Made by a program: the position numbers and the translations under genes
Shown here: in pieces, positions 7,807 through 17,649 of the stretch
Numbering within the stretch: position 1 is the first letter of the stretch
Layout of the letters: each line of letters starts with the position of its first letter
Notes under the pieces: model-generated
Seen by the model: the letters and a program-made list of their open reading frames with translations, nothing else
The model's database searches: none
Told to the model about the DNA's origin: nothing
From: a virus
Length of the DNA: 56,323 nucleotides
Virus record (IMG/VR): IMGVR_UViG_3300046788_000223
Location: 1-56,323 of that record
Direction: 5' to 3' (one strand)

Positions 7807-9357
7807 TTATTCTTCCGGTGGTGAGGTATAACGACCAGTCTCGGGATCGCGGTGCTTTTGATTGCCGCTACTATCGACTTCGGGGCTGGGCCTGGGTCGA
7901 GCGTTTCGATTGGCTGGTATGGGGAATTGACCCAATGTCCGCACAAGTTGATTGGCAGACGCTTCGGTCTCAGGCAGTTGACCTTCAGGAGGGACAACAT
8001 CCTGCCCAGCACGCATCTTCTCGATCAAGGGTTGCGGCGTTCTTTCCGGCACTAGCGTTATTGGCGATGGTCCCCCTGTGCCCGCATTACCCAGAGTACC
8101 AATGGGCGATCCTCCATTACTTGGTCCCGCTGGCCCTCCTGATGGGAGTGCTGGACCTCCTCTTCCTCTGAAGGGCGCGGCTAAAGCGGCACCGCCCTTT
8201 GCAAATAGGGACGCAAAAAGATGGCCGAGGCCTCCTCCGGCTCCTCCCTCCACTGCGCCTACGCCGCTGCGCTCAGCTAGGCGCTGGGGATCGAAAAATT
8301 CTGCGCCCGCGCGTTCTCTGATGGGGTTTGCCTTAGGAAGATATTTATCAATGTATTCCTGCATCTCTGCCCGTCTCGTGGGAGCTCCAGTTGGATCTTT
8401 GGAGGGAATATCCCGGACATAATCCTCATATGCCTCCCGCGTCGGATTGTACGAAGGAGGCCCGATATAGGCGTCCCAGCCCAAGGGTAGGTTTGCCCCA
8501 ATAACCCCCTCTGGCACGCCGCCAAGTATTGCGGCTAGCTTTGTTCCCTTGCTATCGCCGCCGATGGCCCGGATTGCAGCTCCCTGCGCGAAGGGAACGA
8601 GCGCGGGCGTATATCCAGCGGTAGCGTCATAAACTTTTTTGGTGTTGCTATCTTCGAACCTGCCTCGCTTCGCTCTGGCGAGATCTTCCTGCAGTCTCGC
8701 GTCTGCAGCCGACATCTGGCGGTCGAATGCCTCACGGTCTTTCGATGCCGCTTGAGTTTTTAGGCTCCTGGCGGCCTCCGCATCCAGCTCCTGCTCCTTT
8801 ATCTTTGAGGCTTGCTCGCTGCGCTGCTTTTCGATTTCCAGTGCGCGACGTTGCCGCGCTGTCAATTCAGCGGCGGAGGCCGAAGACGGGTCGAATAGCC
8901 CAAGATCCTTCGCGACAGCGCCAGCATATCCAGCGCCAAGCGAGCCGGCGACAATACCAGGCCTGAATAGGGCCGCCCCAGTAGCGGCTCCAGCCTTAGC
9001 CGCATTTGGGATGGATGGGTCGCTCGCCGCTTCTCCAACGGCTTCGCCAGCGCGAACCACCCCAGGAATGCCCGTCATTTCGCGGGCCGGTCTGGCCGCT
9101 TCGTTCAAAGCATCGATCTGAGCTTCTGGGCTCATGCCAGCCATGTGCTCGCCACGCGCCCGGAAATAAGAGAACGGATCGCGCAATAGATCGCCTATTG
9201 GCGGCTCTGGCGGTGCGGCGGATCGCGCTTCAGCGCTTCTCTGGGGCAACGGCGGCAAGTAGGGCAATCCGCCTGGCCGGACGCGAGCCTTATCGAGCTC
9301 CCGCGCGACCAACGGCAGTAGTTCCTGCACTAGCCGTGGATCGATCTCATCAGCCAT
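7807..9357 (-). CDS. Large virion (internal/ejection-type) protein candidate
   Basis: 516 aa, Ala/Gly/Pro-rich with a coiled-coil stretch. Part of a run of large ORFs after the tail genes. Confidence 0.5.
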   Translation of the reverse strand: MADEIDPRLVQELLPLVARELDKARVRPGGLPYLPPLPQRSAEARSAAPPEPPIGDLLRDPFSYFRARGEHMAGMSPEAQIDALNEAARPAREMTGIPGVVRAGEAVGEAASDPSIPNAAKAGAATGAALFRPGIVAGSLGAGYAGAVAKDLGLFDPSSASAAELTARQRRALEIEKQRSEQASKIKEQELDAEAARSLKTQAASKDREAFDRQMSAADARLQEDLARAKRGRFEDSNTKKVYDATAGYTPALVPFAQGAAIRAIGGDSKGTKLAAILGGVPEGVIGANLPLGWDAYIGPPSYNPTREAYEDYVRDIPSKDPTGAPTRRAEMQEYIDKYLPKANPIRERAGAEFFDPQRLAERSGVGAVEGGAGGGLGHLFASLFAKGGAALAAPFRGRGGPALPSGGPAGPSNGGSPIGTLGNAGTGGPSPITLVPERTPQPLIEKMRAGQDVVPPEGQLPETEASANQLVRTLGQFPIPANRNARPRPSPEVDSSGNQKHRDPETGRYTSPPEE

Positions 9358-9388
9358 TGGCTATTGCGCCTTCTGAAGGTATTAAGCT

Positions 9389-11821
9389 TTACTGATTGCC
9401 TTGATTGCCAGCCTGCCGCGCCGATGCGGACGTTGCTTGGCGCTGGTATTCGTTCATTAGCTGCGTGAACTGCGCCGCTCGATCCCGCCCCAGTCTTTGC
9501 TCCACTGCCGCAACGAAGCGGGCTTGCTGTGCCTTGTTGGCCGTGAATAGGTTTTGAGCGATCTGGGCGGCGGTATCCGCCTGTAGGCCAAACGTCCTAT
9601 TCAGCAGATGCGCCGCGTATTTGATGCCGGCCATAGTGGCGCTGGACGAGTTCTTGAGTTCTTGCCACTTGGATAGGATGTCGAAGCTGTTCACGTCTGA
9701 CTCGATGCGGGCAGTTGGCGAGCCGCCTTGCACCATGTTGCGGGTTTCGGCTTGACCCTTTTGCAGATCGACGAACTGGCCGAACCGTTCCGGCCTATTG
9801 GCAAATGGGGCGTTTGCTCCAGACGACCGCTCTATGGCATGAGCCAAGAATTGGTTCATATTCGGCGTGTCGAAAATTGCGCTCTTGTCTGCGCCGTGCT
9901 TCATGCCGCCGATTTTGCCTTCTACGTGCCCAAGGACGCCAAGGCGCGCGAGCTTTTCGTTGCCTGGGGTTGTGGCCGCCGCATCGAAAATTTTGATGCC
10001 CTGCTGCCCACCAACCTCCGCCGCCTGTTTGCCAGCCTCTAACGCCTCTTTAGCCTCCATGCGGGAGCTGAACTTTCCGCGCGTTTCCTTGTATAGCGGG
10101 CCTAGATTGCCTTCCGCGATGTTATCGATCCCGCCAGCAACTTTGCCGCTCTCGTCCGTGACGCCCTTGATTAGATCGTTCTTCAGATCCATGAGGCCCC
10201 TGGATAGTTGCCTCTGTGGGGCTCTCGGGCTTTCCAGCAGTGCGCTAATGCGATCATCAAGCAGCTGCTTTGCCCTATCGAACGTCTCTATGTTGGAGAC
10301 GATCTTTCCATTGGGCGCGAATAGCTGCGTGATTTGCCGTCCAACCGCAGCCTTGATGGGTCCTGGAATGGCCGACGCCGGATCAGCTATGATCGCACGC
10401 CATTTCTGGATAGCTGGAGCGACTGCGCTGGACACGTCTATGGATTGGCCGGCTTTATAGAGAGCGTTATAGGCCGGTTGGGCCTCCGCTCGAGCCGCAT
10501 CAACAATAGCGTCGGCAGTGCTAGCGGCATTGTCGGCATGGCCGTGAAGTTCGCTATCTTTGATCCGGAACGCGCGCTTGAGCGCATCTATGTAGCGCTC
10601 GCCCTGTCCCATCGGGACAATGTTGTCGTTTCCGGCGCCGAAGTTCGTTCCATAAAGATCGGTTGCTTCGCTTCCCTTGATTGGTTCTGCGAAACGCTCT
10701 CGCGTGGGCAATCCCCTGGCCGCCATATCATCGGCCGTGGTTCCTGGCGGCGTCAATCCTGTCTGCCGTGCCTCCAGGAACTGCTTGGCTTGCGTGTTAG
10801 CGTCTTGCGATCTCGTGGCTACCGCTCGCCCAAGACGTTGCAATCCAGGCGTCATATCAACTAGCGCGCTGGCATCCTGTGCTTGTCCGCTAGTATGGTA
10901 TTTGGTCGCCTCAACGATCTGGCGCATTCTCTCTGGGATTTGTCCGGGCGGCACGCCTTCAGTAGCTAGCCAGTTCGCAACGGTTTGCTCTGCTGCTGCC
11001 CTGGCTCCAGCGGTTTCCGGAGTCGCCCCATCCGCACTCATAGCTGGCAAGCCGATCTTGCGCGGAAGCTTCTCGCTTATAGATGCGCCAAGTCTCGCAA
11101 GCGTTGGCGACGCGACGTCATATGCTGCCCTAGCGACTTTGCCTGTCAGCGCAGCACCGCCAGGTATTGCGGCACCAATGGTCATGCCTACTGGGAGCGC
11201 TCCCAGTGCTGCATCGTTTCTTTCCCCTAGATCACCCTCGGCATTGCCAAGAGCGGACGAATAAGCAGCGCCGCCGCCAACGCCGGAGGATAGAGCCGTC
11301 TTGGCTAACAGACCTTTGCCGCTTCCGATGATCGCCTTGGCGATCGGCGCTCCAGTTCCGAATGCGCCAGCTAGCTGCCCTACCGTCGATCCCAGGCCAA
11401 GATCCTGATCTATGGCTCTATCGGTCGCGCGTTGGTACGCAACGGCCTCGTCATAGGGCGCACCCAACTTGCCGCCCGACACCTTATGCAGCCCAGCAGC
11501 CGTCAAGGCGTTCATCTCATCGGCCCAGCTGCCGGCGATCGTACCGCGAGCGATATTGCGGACGAGGTCCGTTCTATGCTCCGTGCCGCCGCGTTCTTTC
11601 GCAACATAAGCATCCGCCCATTGCTTTAGAGCTTCCTGGCGCTGATCGTCTGGGAGCTTGGCGACCTCGGCGCGGACTTCCTCGACAGGCTTTGAGAAGT
11701 CAATGTTGAACTTGGGCGCCGCTGGCGTTTTTGCCTGCGCCGGCAGATACTTTGCAAACGGATCTCCGCTCGGCGCAGCAGGCGCCGCAGGTAGATATTG
11801 CGCGAATGGATCGTCTGCCAT
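9389..11821 (-). CDS. Large virion (internal/ejection-type) protein candidate
   Basis: 810 aa. N-terminal duplicated DPFA(Q/K)YLPA motif. No enzymatic motif recognised. Confidence 0.5.
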   Translation of the reverse strand: MADDPFAQYLPAAPAAPSGDPFAKYLPAQAKTPAAPKFNIDFSKPVEEVRAEVAKLPDDQRQEALKQWADAYVAKERGGTEHRTDLVRNIARGTIAGSWADEMNALTAAGLHKVSGGKLGAPYDEAVAYQRATDRAIDQDLGLGSTVGQLAGAFGTGAPIAKAIIGSGKGLLAKTALSSGVGGGAAYSSALGNAEGDLGERNDAALGALPVGMTIGAAIPGGAALTGKVARAAYDVASPTLARLGASISEKLPRKIGLPAMSADGATPETAGARAAAEQTVANWLATEGVPPGQIPERMRQIVEATKYHTSGQAQDASALVDMTPGLQRLGRAVATRSQDANTQAKQFLEARQTGLTPPGTTADDMAARGLPTRERFAEPIKGSEATDLYGTNFGAGNDNIVPMGQGERYIDALKRAFRIKDSELHGHADNAASTADAIVDAARAEAQPAYNALYKAGQSIDVSSAVAPAIQKWRAIIADPASAIPGPIKAAVGRQITQLFAPNGKIVSNIETFDRAKQLLDDRISALLESPRAPQRQLSRGLMDLKNDLIKGVTDESGKVAGGIDNIAEGNLGPLYKETRGKFSSRMEAKEALEAGKQAAEVGGQQGIKIFDAAATTPGNEKLARLGVLGHVEGKIGGMKHGADKSAIFDTPNMNQFLAHAIERSSGANAPFANRPERFGQFVDLQKGQAETRNMVQGGSPTARIESDVNSFDILSKWQELKNSSSATMAGIKYAAHLLNRTFGLQADTAAQIAQNLFTANKAQQARFVAAVEQRLGRDRAAQFTQLMNEYQRQATSASARQAGNQGNQ

Positions 11822-13473
11822 TAGGTCGGGGGCTGAAGCTGAGGTTGAGGTTGAGCTTGGGGCTGCGGCGGCGCCACGCCGCGCGACTTGATGAACGCCA
11901 GCGCCTTATCAAGTGCATCTTGGCCGAAGTGACCTCTAAAGTATTGCTGCCGCTCTGGGTTCGTCGGATCCTTGGCGAGTTCCGAGATCACGCTGCGTTG
12001 AACAGAATCGGGCAGAGACCCAAGGTTGTATGTTGGCGCATTCACCAAGGGGCCATGATCAATTTTGGCCGCAGCGTTAGACGATGACTCGACCGAGGCT
12101 TGCGGAACAATAGCGCCCGCTTTGGTGAGTTCCGCATCCGTTGGCTTGCGCCCGAGCGTATTCCACAGTGCAGCCTTCTTTTTTAAGGCGTCGAACCCCT
12201 GTTGTATTTCAGGGCGGACAAACGGCCTCGGCGGCTCTCGGCCAGTACCGCGCACGTAAGTTTCGTGCAATTCATCCGCGCGTCCCTGCATCAATTGAAT
12301 CGCTTCCGCGATTGAGCCGTGAAGCGCTTGCGGAGATGAGGCATCACTCCAACGCTGTTTCCAAGCTTCGACAGCGGCGACATTGCTTCCGCCGTGGAGC
12401 ACCTTCTCCACTTCCTCCGCCACGCCGTCTTTTACGGTGTTAAAGTTCTTGATCTTGGTTTCGGAGGCTGGAGATACCCCGGCGGCTATCTGGTTAGTGA
12501 TATGCCGAAGCGCTGTCCCGCCGGCAACATTCCAATTCCCTAGCTTGTCGATGGCATCGTCGAACTGGACGAGATGGTGCAAGCTTGTGGTAATGGCGGT
12601 CAAATTTCGGGATTCTGGACCGCTGCCCAGGAAATTTTTATTAGCGCTATTGAGAGCCGTCCATTTGGCTCCGCTGAAGGTGGGATCATAGTTCTGCACC
12701 CACGCCATGATCTGCTGGTTGCGCTGACTGGCGCGACCAGCAACCGGCAACATCGGTTGTTCGCCGCTCGCAATGCCTTTGACCTGGTTGGCGATCGCGT
12801 TGCCATACTGCTTACGGAGGCCCTCTAGGAAATCATCGCCGCTTAGACCATCAAGCGGCGTTCCGGCTGCGCTAGAATTGACACCGCTAATCGGCTTGCC
12901 ATCTGGACCCGTTACAGTTGCTGGCGTGATCGTTTGCGTTCCCGGCTTGACCCACGCATTGATAGGCCGGTTAAACTCATCTTGGCCGACTTGTTTGAAT
13001 TCGTTTTCGGATGCCGCTATCTGTGCCTTTGTCGCTTGCTGCTGAAGCGGATCCATCGCCTGCGCATGCTTCAAGGCTTGCGCTTGGGTTGCAAGCTCCA
13101 TCTGCGCCTTTGGGCTTATGCTTTCCCCAAGGTTCTTCGCATAAAGGCTTGTTGCGAGATCTTGACCCCACGGATTGCGCGCCAGGGCGGCCATTTTGTC
13201 CTGAGGCGATCCGGTGCCAGCCAGAATTTCCCCAAGAGACGCCTTGCCCTGCCTCTCTGCGTCCAGCGCATTACCGGCCGCTATTCCGCCGCCAATAGCC
13301 GGCCCCAGCATCGCAAATAATTGCCAAGGACCTGCCGGCCCATTTACGGGCTGCATACCTTTGGCGAGCAGCTGTTGGGCATACTTGCGCTGAAAATCGA
13401 CCTGTTCAGGCGTCGAGCCAGCGGTCGCATCTGGCGCCGCCCCTGACTGCGGATCGAAGAATCCTAAGGCCAT
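11821..13473 (-). CDS. Large virion (internal/ejection-type) protein candidate
   Basis: 550 aa. Stop overlaps the next start. C-terminal PQPQAQPQPQLQPP tail. Confidence 0.5.
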   Translation of the reverse strand: MALGFFDPQSGAAPDATAGSTPEQVDFQRKYAQQLLAKGMQPVNGPAGPWQLFAMLGPAIGGGIAAGNALDAERQGKASLGEILAGTGSPQDKMAALARNPWGQDLATSLYAKNLGESISPKAQMELATQAQALKHAQAMDPLQQQATKAQIAASENEFKQVGQDEFNRPINAWVKPGTQTITPATVTGPDGKPISGVNSSAAGTPLDGLSGDDFLEGLRKQYGNAIANQVKGIASGEQPMLPVAGRASQRNQQIMAWVQNYDPTFSGAKWTALNSANKNFLGSGPESRNLTAITTSLHHLVQFDDAIDKLGNWNVAGGTALRHITNQIAAGVSPASETKIKNFNTVKDGVAEEVEKVLHGGSNVAAVEAWKQRWSDASSPQALHGSIAEAIQLMQGRADELHETYVRGTGREPPRPFVRPEIQQGFDALKKKAALWNTLGRKPTDAELTKAGAIVPQASVESSSNAAAKIDHGPLVNAPTYNLGSLPDSVQRSVISELAKDPTNPERQQYFRGHFGQDALDKALAFIKSRGVAPPQPQAQPQPQLQPPT

Positions 13474-13485
13474 TGGCGCGATTCC

Positions 13486-14382
13486 TTATTGATGCCCTAT
13501 TCCGCCCTGTCCGCCTGTAGACGTTGGCGTGCCGCTGCCAAACAGATACTTACCCAAGCCAGCAAATCCCCCCATGCCGCTAAGGCCGCCGGACAATAGG
13601 CCGCCCCCGAGACCGCCGAGGCCCTGACCGATCGCAGACCATTGCGCGTTCTGCTGCTGCAACTGCGCCTGGTATTGCTGCATCAGATTGTTGTATGCGT
13701 TCTGGTCAATTCCTGCGATGTCCGTATTGGCGACATTTACTCCGGGAAGACCAGCAAATTGGCCGTTGAGCGTAGAGCCGCCATAGCTCACTCCAGGCTG
13801 CAACAGGCCAAGCGATTGCTCTTGCATTGCTAGACCTTGGGCGCCTTGGTTCCACAGCTGGTTTTGTAGACCAGACGCCAAAGTATTCTGCTGCGCGTGC
13901 TGCGACGTTTGAAGTTGGCGAAGGGCGTTTTGGCCAGCTTGGCTATCTTCTGGAATGCCTTGGTTCGCTAGTTGCGTTTTCAGAGCATTTGTGTCCTGCG
14001 TCCATTGCGGCTGCATTTCCGCAGTGGCCGATTGATAGGCCTGATTAAATGCGTCCTGGCTGCTTCCTGGGGCTTTCCCAGCCAATTGGCCTGCCTGATC
14101 AATGTACTGCTGCCCGAGCCCAGCAAAGCCACCTTGGAATTGCTGACCCAGCGCGCCAAGATTTACGCTTTGACTATAGATCGGCGTCCCGTCTGGGTTC
14201 GTGCCAATCCGTGTGTAATTAAGCTGATTGCCCGCCGCATCAGTCTGGCCGATACGGTTATATTCTGCCTGCTGCTGGGCGTTCTGGGAGTTTTGCGCTT
14301 TCTGTGCGTCTATTGTTGGCTGTGCCTGACTTCGCGCCTGATCCATGCTTGGCGGGGAATAGCTTTTGAATAGGCTTCCCAT
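13486..14382 (-). CDS. Gln/Gly/Asn-rich virion protein candidate
   Basis: 298 aa of low complexity. Overlaps the upstream ORF by about 125 nt; the start may be internal. Confidence 0.5.
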   Translation of the reverse strand: MGSLFKSYSPPSMDQARSQAQPTIDAQKAQNSQNAQQQAEYNRIGQTDAAGNQLNYTRIGTNPDGTPIYSQSVNLGALGQQFQGGFAGLGQQYIDQAGQLAGKAPGSSQDAFNQAYQSATAEMQPQWTQDTNALKTQLANQGIPEDSQAGQNALRQLQTSQHAQQNTLASGLQNQLWNQGAQGLAMQEQSLGLLQPGVSYGGSTLNGQFAGLPGVNVANTDIAGIDQNAYNNLMQQYQAQLQQQNAQWSAIGQGLGGLGGGLLSGGLSGMGGFAGLGKYLFGSGTPTSTGGQGGIGHQ

Positions 14383-14791
14383 TTTCGTCTCGTCCTCTGG
14401 TCCAGCGACAGTTGTCCTTAGTCATGGAGTAGCGCAGCGCATCGCGCCCGGCGCCATAGTAGTCCTTTGCGATGCCCTCAAATTTAAAGCCCCACTTAGG
14501 CATATTCCTTTTTACGGTGCGGTTGCATCTGCTAGTGGAAACCTGAATCCGCCAATAGCGCAGGAAATAGAGGCGGAAGAAATCCTTAACGACTCCGTTC
14601 GTGAATGCCTGAGTTCCGCAGATAGTTACTTCAGCCGTCCACGGATTGCACTGATCACCAATGATGGCGCCCCGAAGCACGCCACCTCCGTCCACGATTC
14701 CAAATGCCCAATCCGGCCGGCTGAACGTGCCCTCAAAGAACTTGCTTGCCCATCGGCATACAAGGTCTGTGTTCCCAGTGACGAGATGCAC
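14258..14791 (-). CDS. GNAT-like acetyltransferase-fold protein
   Basis: RIQVSTSRCNRTVKRNMPKWGFKFEGIAKDYYGAGRDALRYSMT resembles the C-terminal half of GNAT enzymes. No clear Q/RxxGxG/A motif was seen. Confidence 0.35.
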   Translation of the reverse strand: MHLVTGNTDLVCRWASKFFEGTFSRPDWAFGIVDGGGVLRGAIIGDQCNPWTAEVTICGTQAFTNGVVKDFFRLYFLRYWRIQVSTSRCNRTVKRNMPKWGFKFEGIAKDYYGAGRDALRYSMTKDNCRWTRGRDENGKPIQKLFPAKHGSGAKSGTANNRRTESAKLPERPAAGRI

Positions 14792-14792
14792 A

Positions 14793-14999
14793 TTACCCGC
14801 CGACTAATCCGGTGTTCTGGCGACGTTGGAGCCAAGTGACTAGGGTTGCCACTTGCGAATTGGTCAAGGCCACCTGCCCGCGATCTGCCGCCATGTAGAC
14901 CATCATCGATCCATCTGGGCAGCGGCTGACCCGCAGCACATCGTCATTGGCCGAAACCTCGAAAGTCGTCTCGTTCTGATGTGCAATATGCCCCATCAC
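14793..14999 (-). CDS. Hypothetical protein
   Basis: 68 aa, tightly coupled to both neighbours. Confidence 0.5.
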   Translation of the reverse strand: MMGHIAHQNETTFEVSANDDVLRVSRCPDGSMMVYMAADRGQVALTNSQVATLVTWLQRRQNTGLVGG

Positions 15000-16621
15000 A
15001 TAAACGCTCCGGTCTCATAGAGGGTCATAAACCCGTTGATGCGCATTATTTCGTTGGTTCGGCTAGATGCGCCCCAGGTCGCCGACCCCCACGTGCCTAT
15101 GCCCCATTGGCCAATCGATACGGTCGTGCCGGTCTGGGCTTGAAACTTGACGCTAGCGAAGCGCCCCAACGCCGGACTAGATGTCCAGTCATTGACGTTG
15201 GCGTCAGTAGAGCTCCATTCCGAGCTGTCCCATGTCGAGCTATCCCACGTCGAGCCAGCACCCGTTGCAGACGACGGGCTAGATAGGCTTGAGGTCTCGA
15301 CAAAGTCCGTTGAAATGCCGACAGATGGACGGTTCGGCGAATTCACCGTAATCATCGGCTGAAGCATGGTGAACCGCTTCAGATTTCCAGGCGAGTTGAA
15401 CGCCTGATACGCAGCCTGTCCCGTGCATGTGATCGGCGTAAAGAGGTCTAGCGGCCCAACGTCGGCCTTGTAGACCCGCCCATTGTTGGCGCCGAAGTAG
15501 AGGTTGTTGTTGTAGATCGCCCAGCAGTTGGCGTTGTGGCTGTCGAATTCACACCATGCGCCCGTCACCGTGTTCATGACGTATTGCTTGGCGGCGGCGT
15601 TCTCGGATGTTGGAATGTTGACAACGAGGCGCGTGCCCTGCGGATAGACGATGGGCTGCCAGCCGAAGTTAGATCCGTAGCTAAAGGCCGCTTGGTTGAA
15701 GCTGTTGGCAATGAGGGCCGAAAGGGACTGGAATTTGATCTGCGCTTGGTCAACGCCGCCCAATACCTTGCTCATGGGGATCACGCCATCTAACGTGAGA
15801 ATGAGCAAGTCGGCGCCGAGCTTGGTAAAGCATCGCCGTCCCAGAGGCGTTCCCACATTGAAAACGCCCACGAGATCCCAGGTCGTGGCGCTAGATGGAT
15901 CGGTTCCTTGATAGACGGACAACTGTCCCTGACTCGATATAAAGATCGTAAAGTCGTCAGCGCCGGCGCCACCGTCACGCGTCCAGTTTGCCGTGGCTAC
16001 CAGATACCCGCCACGATCAAACGTCGCACCGACATCAAACTGAGTAGCGGCCCCAGCAATTGCATCAGTTGGCAGATACCAAGCGGAGGTCGTGCCAGAC
16101 TGGACGAACCAAAGACGATGCTTGTGCAGGTTTACGTTGATAAAGTTGGCTGAACTCGCGCCGGTTATGCTGGGCGTGCTCCAGACGGAGCCATTGTAAT
16201 TCCGGACGCTATCAGCGCCATTGCAGATGACGAGGAACGCGCCGGCCGCCGTCGTCATGTTCGTGTATTGCCAACGGGCATTGCTTAGCCCGGTCACGGC
16301 AGACGTAGCAACGGCGTTGCTGCTCACATCGTAGATGGCCGTAGAGGCCGCCGCAAACATCTTCTGCGAGCTCGGCCCGTTCCAGACCATCAGGCTCTCG
16401 ACCGAGGTCGAGGACGTGCCGACTTCCCAGGCCCAATTGTCAAAGCCGTTTCTTGCTTCCCCATATCCTGGCTGGGGAAACCAGTTCTTGAGCTGGACGG
16501 CGCGCTGCGGGTCCATGATCGCAAGCGCCGAGGTCGTGTCCCATCCCTGCACAGGGAACGGAACCGGCGCCGGCTGCGAAACAGCTTGCCGCGTTGTGTT
16601 TGGTATCAGCGCCTGGAGCAT
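14996..16621 (-). CDS. Tail structural protein (nozzle / tubular-B-like by position), beta-rich
   Basis: 541 aa. N-terminus VQGWDTTSALAIMDPQRAVQLKNWFP, then repeated W/F/G-rich beta-type segments. Flanked by fibre and adaptor-like genes. Confidence 0.4.
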   Translation of the reverse strand: MLQALIPNTTRQAVSQPAPVPFPVQGWDTTSALAIMDPQRAVQLKNWFPQPGYGEARNGFDNWAWEVGTSSTSVESLMVWNGPSSQKMFAAASTAIYDVSSNAVATSAVTGLSNARWQYTNMTTAAGAFLVICNGADSVRNYNGSVWSTPSITGASSANFINVNLHKHRLWFVQSGTTSAWYLPTDAIAGAATQFDVGATFDRGGYLVATANWTRDGGAGADDFTIFISSQGQLSVYQGTDPSSATTWDLVGVFNVGTPLGRRCFTKLGADLLILTLDGVIPMSKVLGGVDQAQIKFQSLSALIANSFNQAAFSYGSNFGWQPIVYPQGTRLVVNIPTSENAAAKQYVMNTVTGAWCEFDSHNANCWAIYNNNLYFGANNGRVYKADVGPLDLFTPITCTGQAAYQAFNSPGNLKRFTMLQPMITVNSPNRPSVGISTDFVETSSLSSPSSATGAGSTWDSSTWDSSEWSSTDANVNDWTSSPALGRFASVKFQAQTGTTVSIGQWGIGTWGSATWGASSRTNEIMRINGFMTLYETGAFM

Positions 16622-17649
16622 TAGGACCAGTTGCCCACCGATTGCACTGTATTAGTTCCAACTGGATAGCAGAGGAAGAAGCTATTGACGCCAACGACAG
16701 CAGCGGCTGCGTTCGTCAGTGCGACTGATGGAATGATGGTTCCAGCTGAACTGACTCGGAAGATACCCCAGATATCCACAACGCACCCCGTGTTGACTGC
16801 AGCGCCCACGATGTCCCCAGAGGAGGCATTAGTCGCTGTAAAGCACCCGGATTGTGATCCGGCGGTTCCGGGCGCTGACGTATCCACGCCAACCGAGTGA
16901 AAGGCGGCAGACGTAAAGCTCGCGGTCCCCGCACCAAGCACGTCGAACTTCATATTGCCGCTCGTTGCGGACATGCTCGATAGGTTCAGCTGGCAGTGGA
17001 AGAAGTAGGTTGTTGAGCCGAGAACCGTCAGCGTACCATTAGACGGCGTGTTGAAGACGGCCTGTGTGTTGGTGTTGTTTCCGAGCGTATAAGTGGCAGT
17101 CAGAGAAATGAATTGCATACACGGCAAGACACCACGCTGACTTGCCGCAAAGTCATAGTAAGGGACTTTTCCGTCATATTCCATCGCCCCTGCAGTTGGG
17201 GTCGTAAGATTGGTTCCCGATTGAAACTGCAACGGCGCAACACTTGTTGTACCAGCGACCAGCGTCTGAGTTCCGGTGAATGTGTTGGCTCCAAGGATGG
17301 CCAGAGTTCCGGACGCTGGCAGGGTTAGGCTTGTGGTTCCGCTTACCGTCAACGTTGTCGCGAAGTTGCCGGATATTGTTAGGGTGCTGGCTGCATTGTT
17401 GGCGATTCCTGTTCCGCCGGACGCCGGCCCAAGCACGCTTCCGCCACTGAGAACCAGCGAAGAATCCTTGAGCAATCGGCCCGTGGTTCCGTCCCAAACG
17501 GCAATGGCGTTGTTGGTGCTGCTCCCGCCGCTTGGCCCCACCACCAGCGTATCAAGGAAGGTGTTTAAGCTCTTGGGGTTGCTGGCGTCCCCATTGGGGT
17601 AATGGGTGTAGTTGTTGCTCCGGTTCTGAAGATGTTGCTTGGAGCCCAT
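16621..17649 (-). CDS. Tail fibre / receptor-binding protein (full-length paralogue)
   Basis: Has the N-terminal NAIAVWDGTTGRLLKDS fibre-anchor motif. VAPLQFQSGTNLTTPTAGAMEYDG and the C-terminal VGNWS are shared with ORF 20205-21002. Confidence 0.65.
   Translation of the reverse strand: MGSKQHLQNRSNNYTHYPNGDASNPKSLNTFLDTLVVGPSGGSSTNNAIAVWDGTTGRLLKDSSLVLSGGSVLGPASGGTGIANNAASTLTISGNFATTLTVSGTTSLTLPASGTLAILGANTFTGTQTLVAGTTSVAPLQFQSGTNLTTPTAGAMEYDGKVPYYDFAASQRGVLPCMQFISLTATYTLGNNTNTQAVFNTPSNGTLTVLGSTTYFFHCQLNLSSMSATSGNMKFDVLGAGTASFTSAAFHSVGVDTSAPGTAGSQSGCFTATNASSGDIVGAAVNTGCVVDIWGIFRVSSAGTIIPSVALTNAAAAVVGVNSFFLCYPVGTNTVQSVGNWS

Noticed and set aside
9389-11821. The 810-aa ORF as a tape-measure protein of a siphovirus tail
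   Set aside because: No major tail, tail-tube, chaperone-frameshift or baseplate genes accompany it. It sits in a run of large low-complexity proteins after fibre and nozzle-like genes, which fits podovirus internal/ejection proteins better. This remains an inference.
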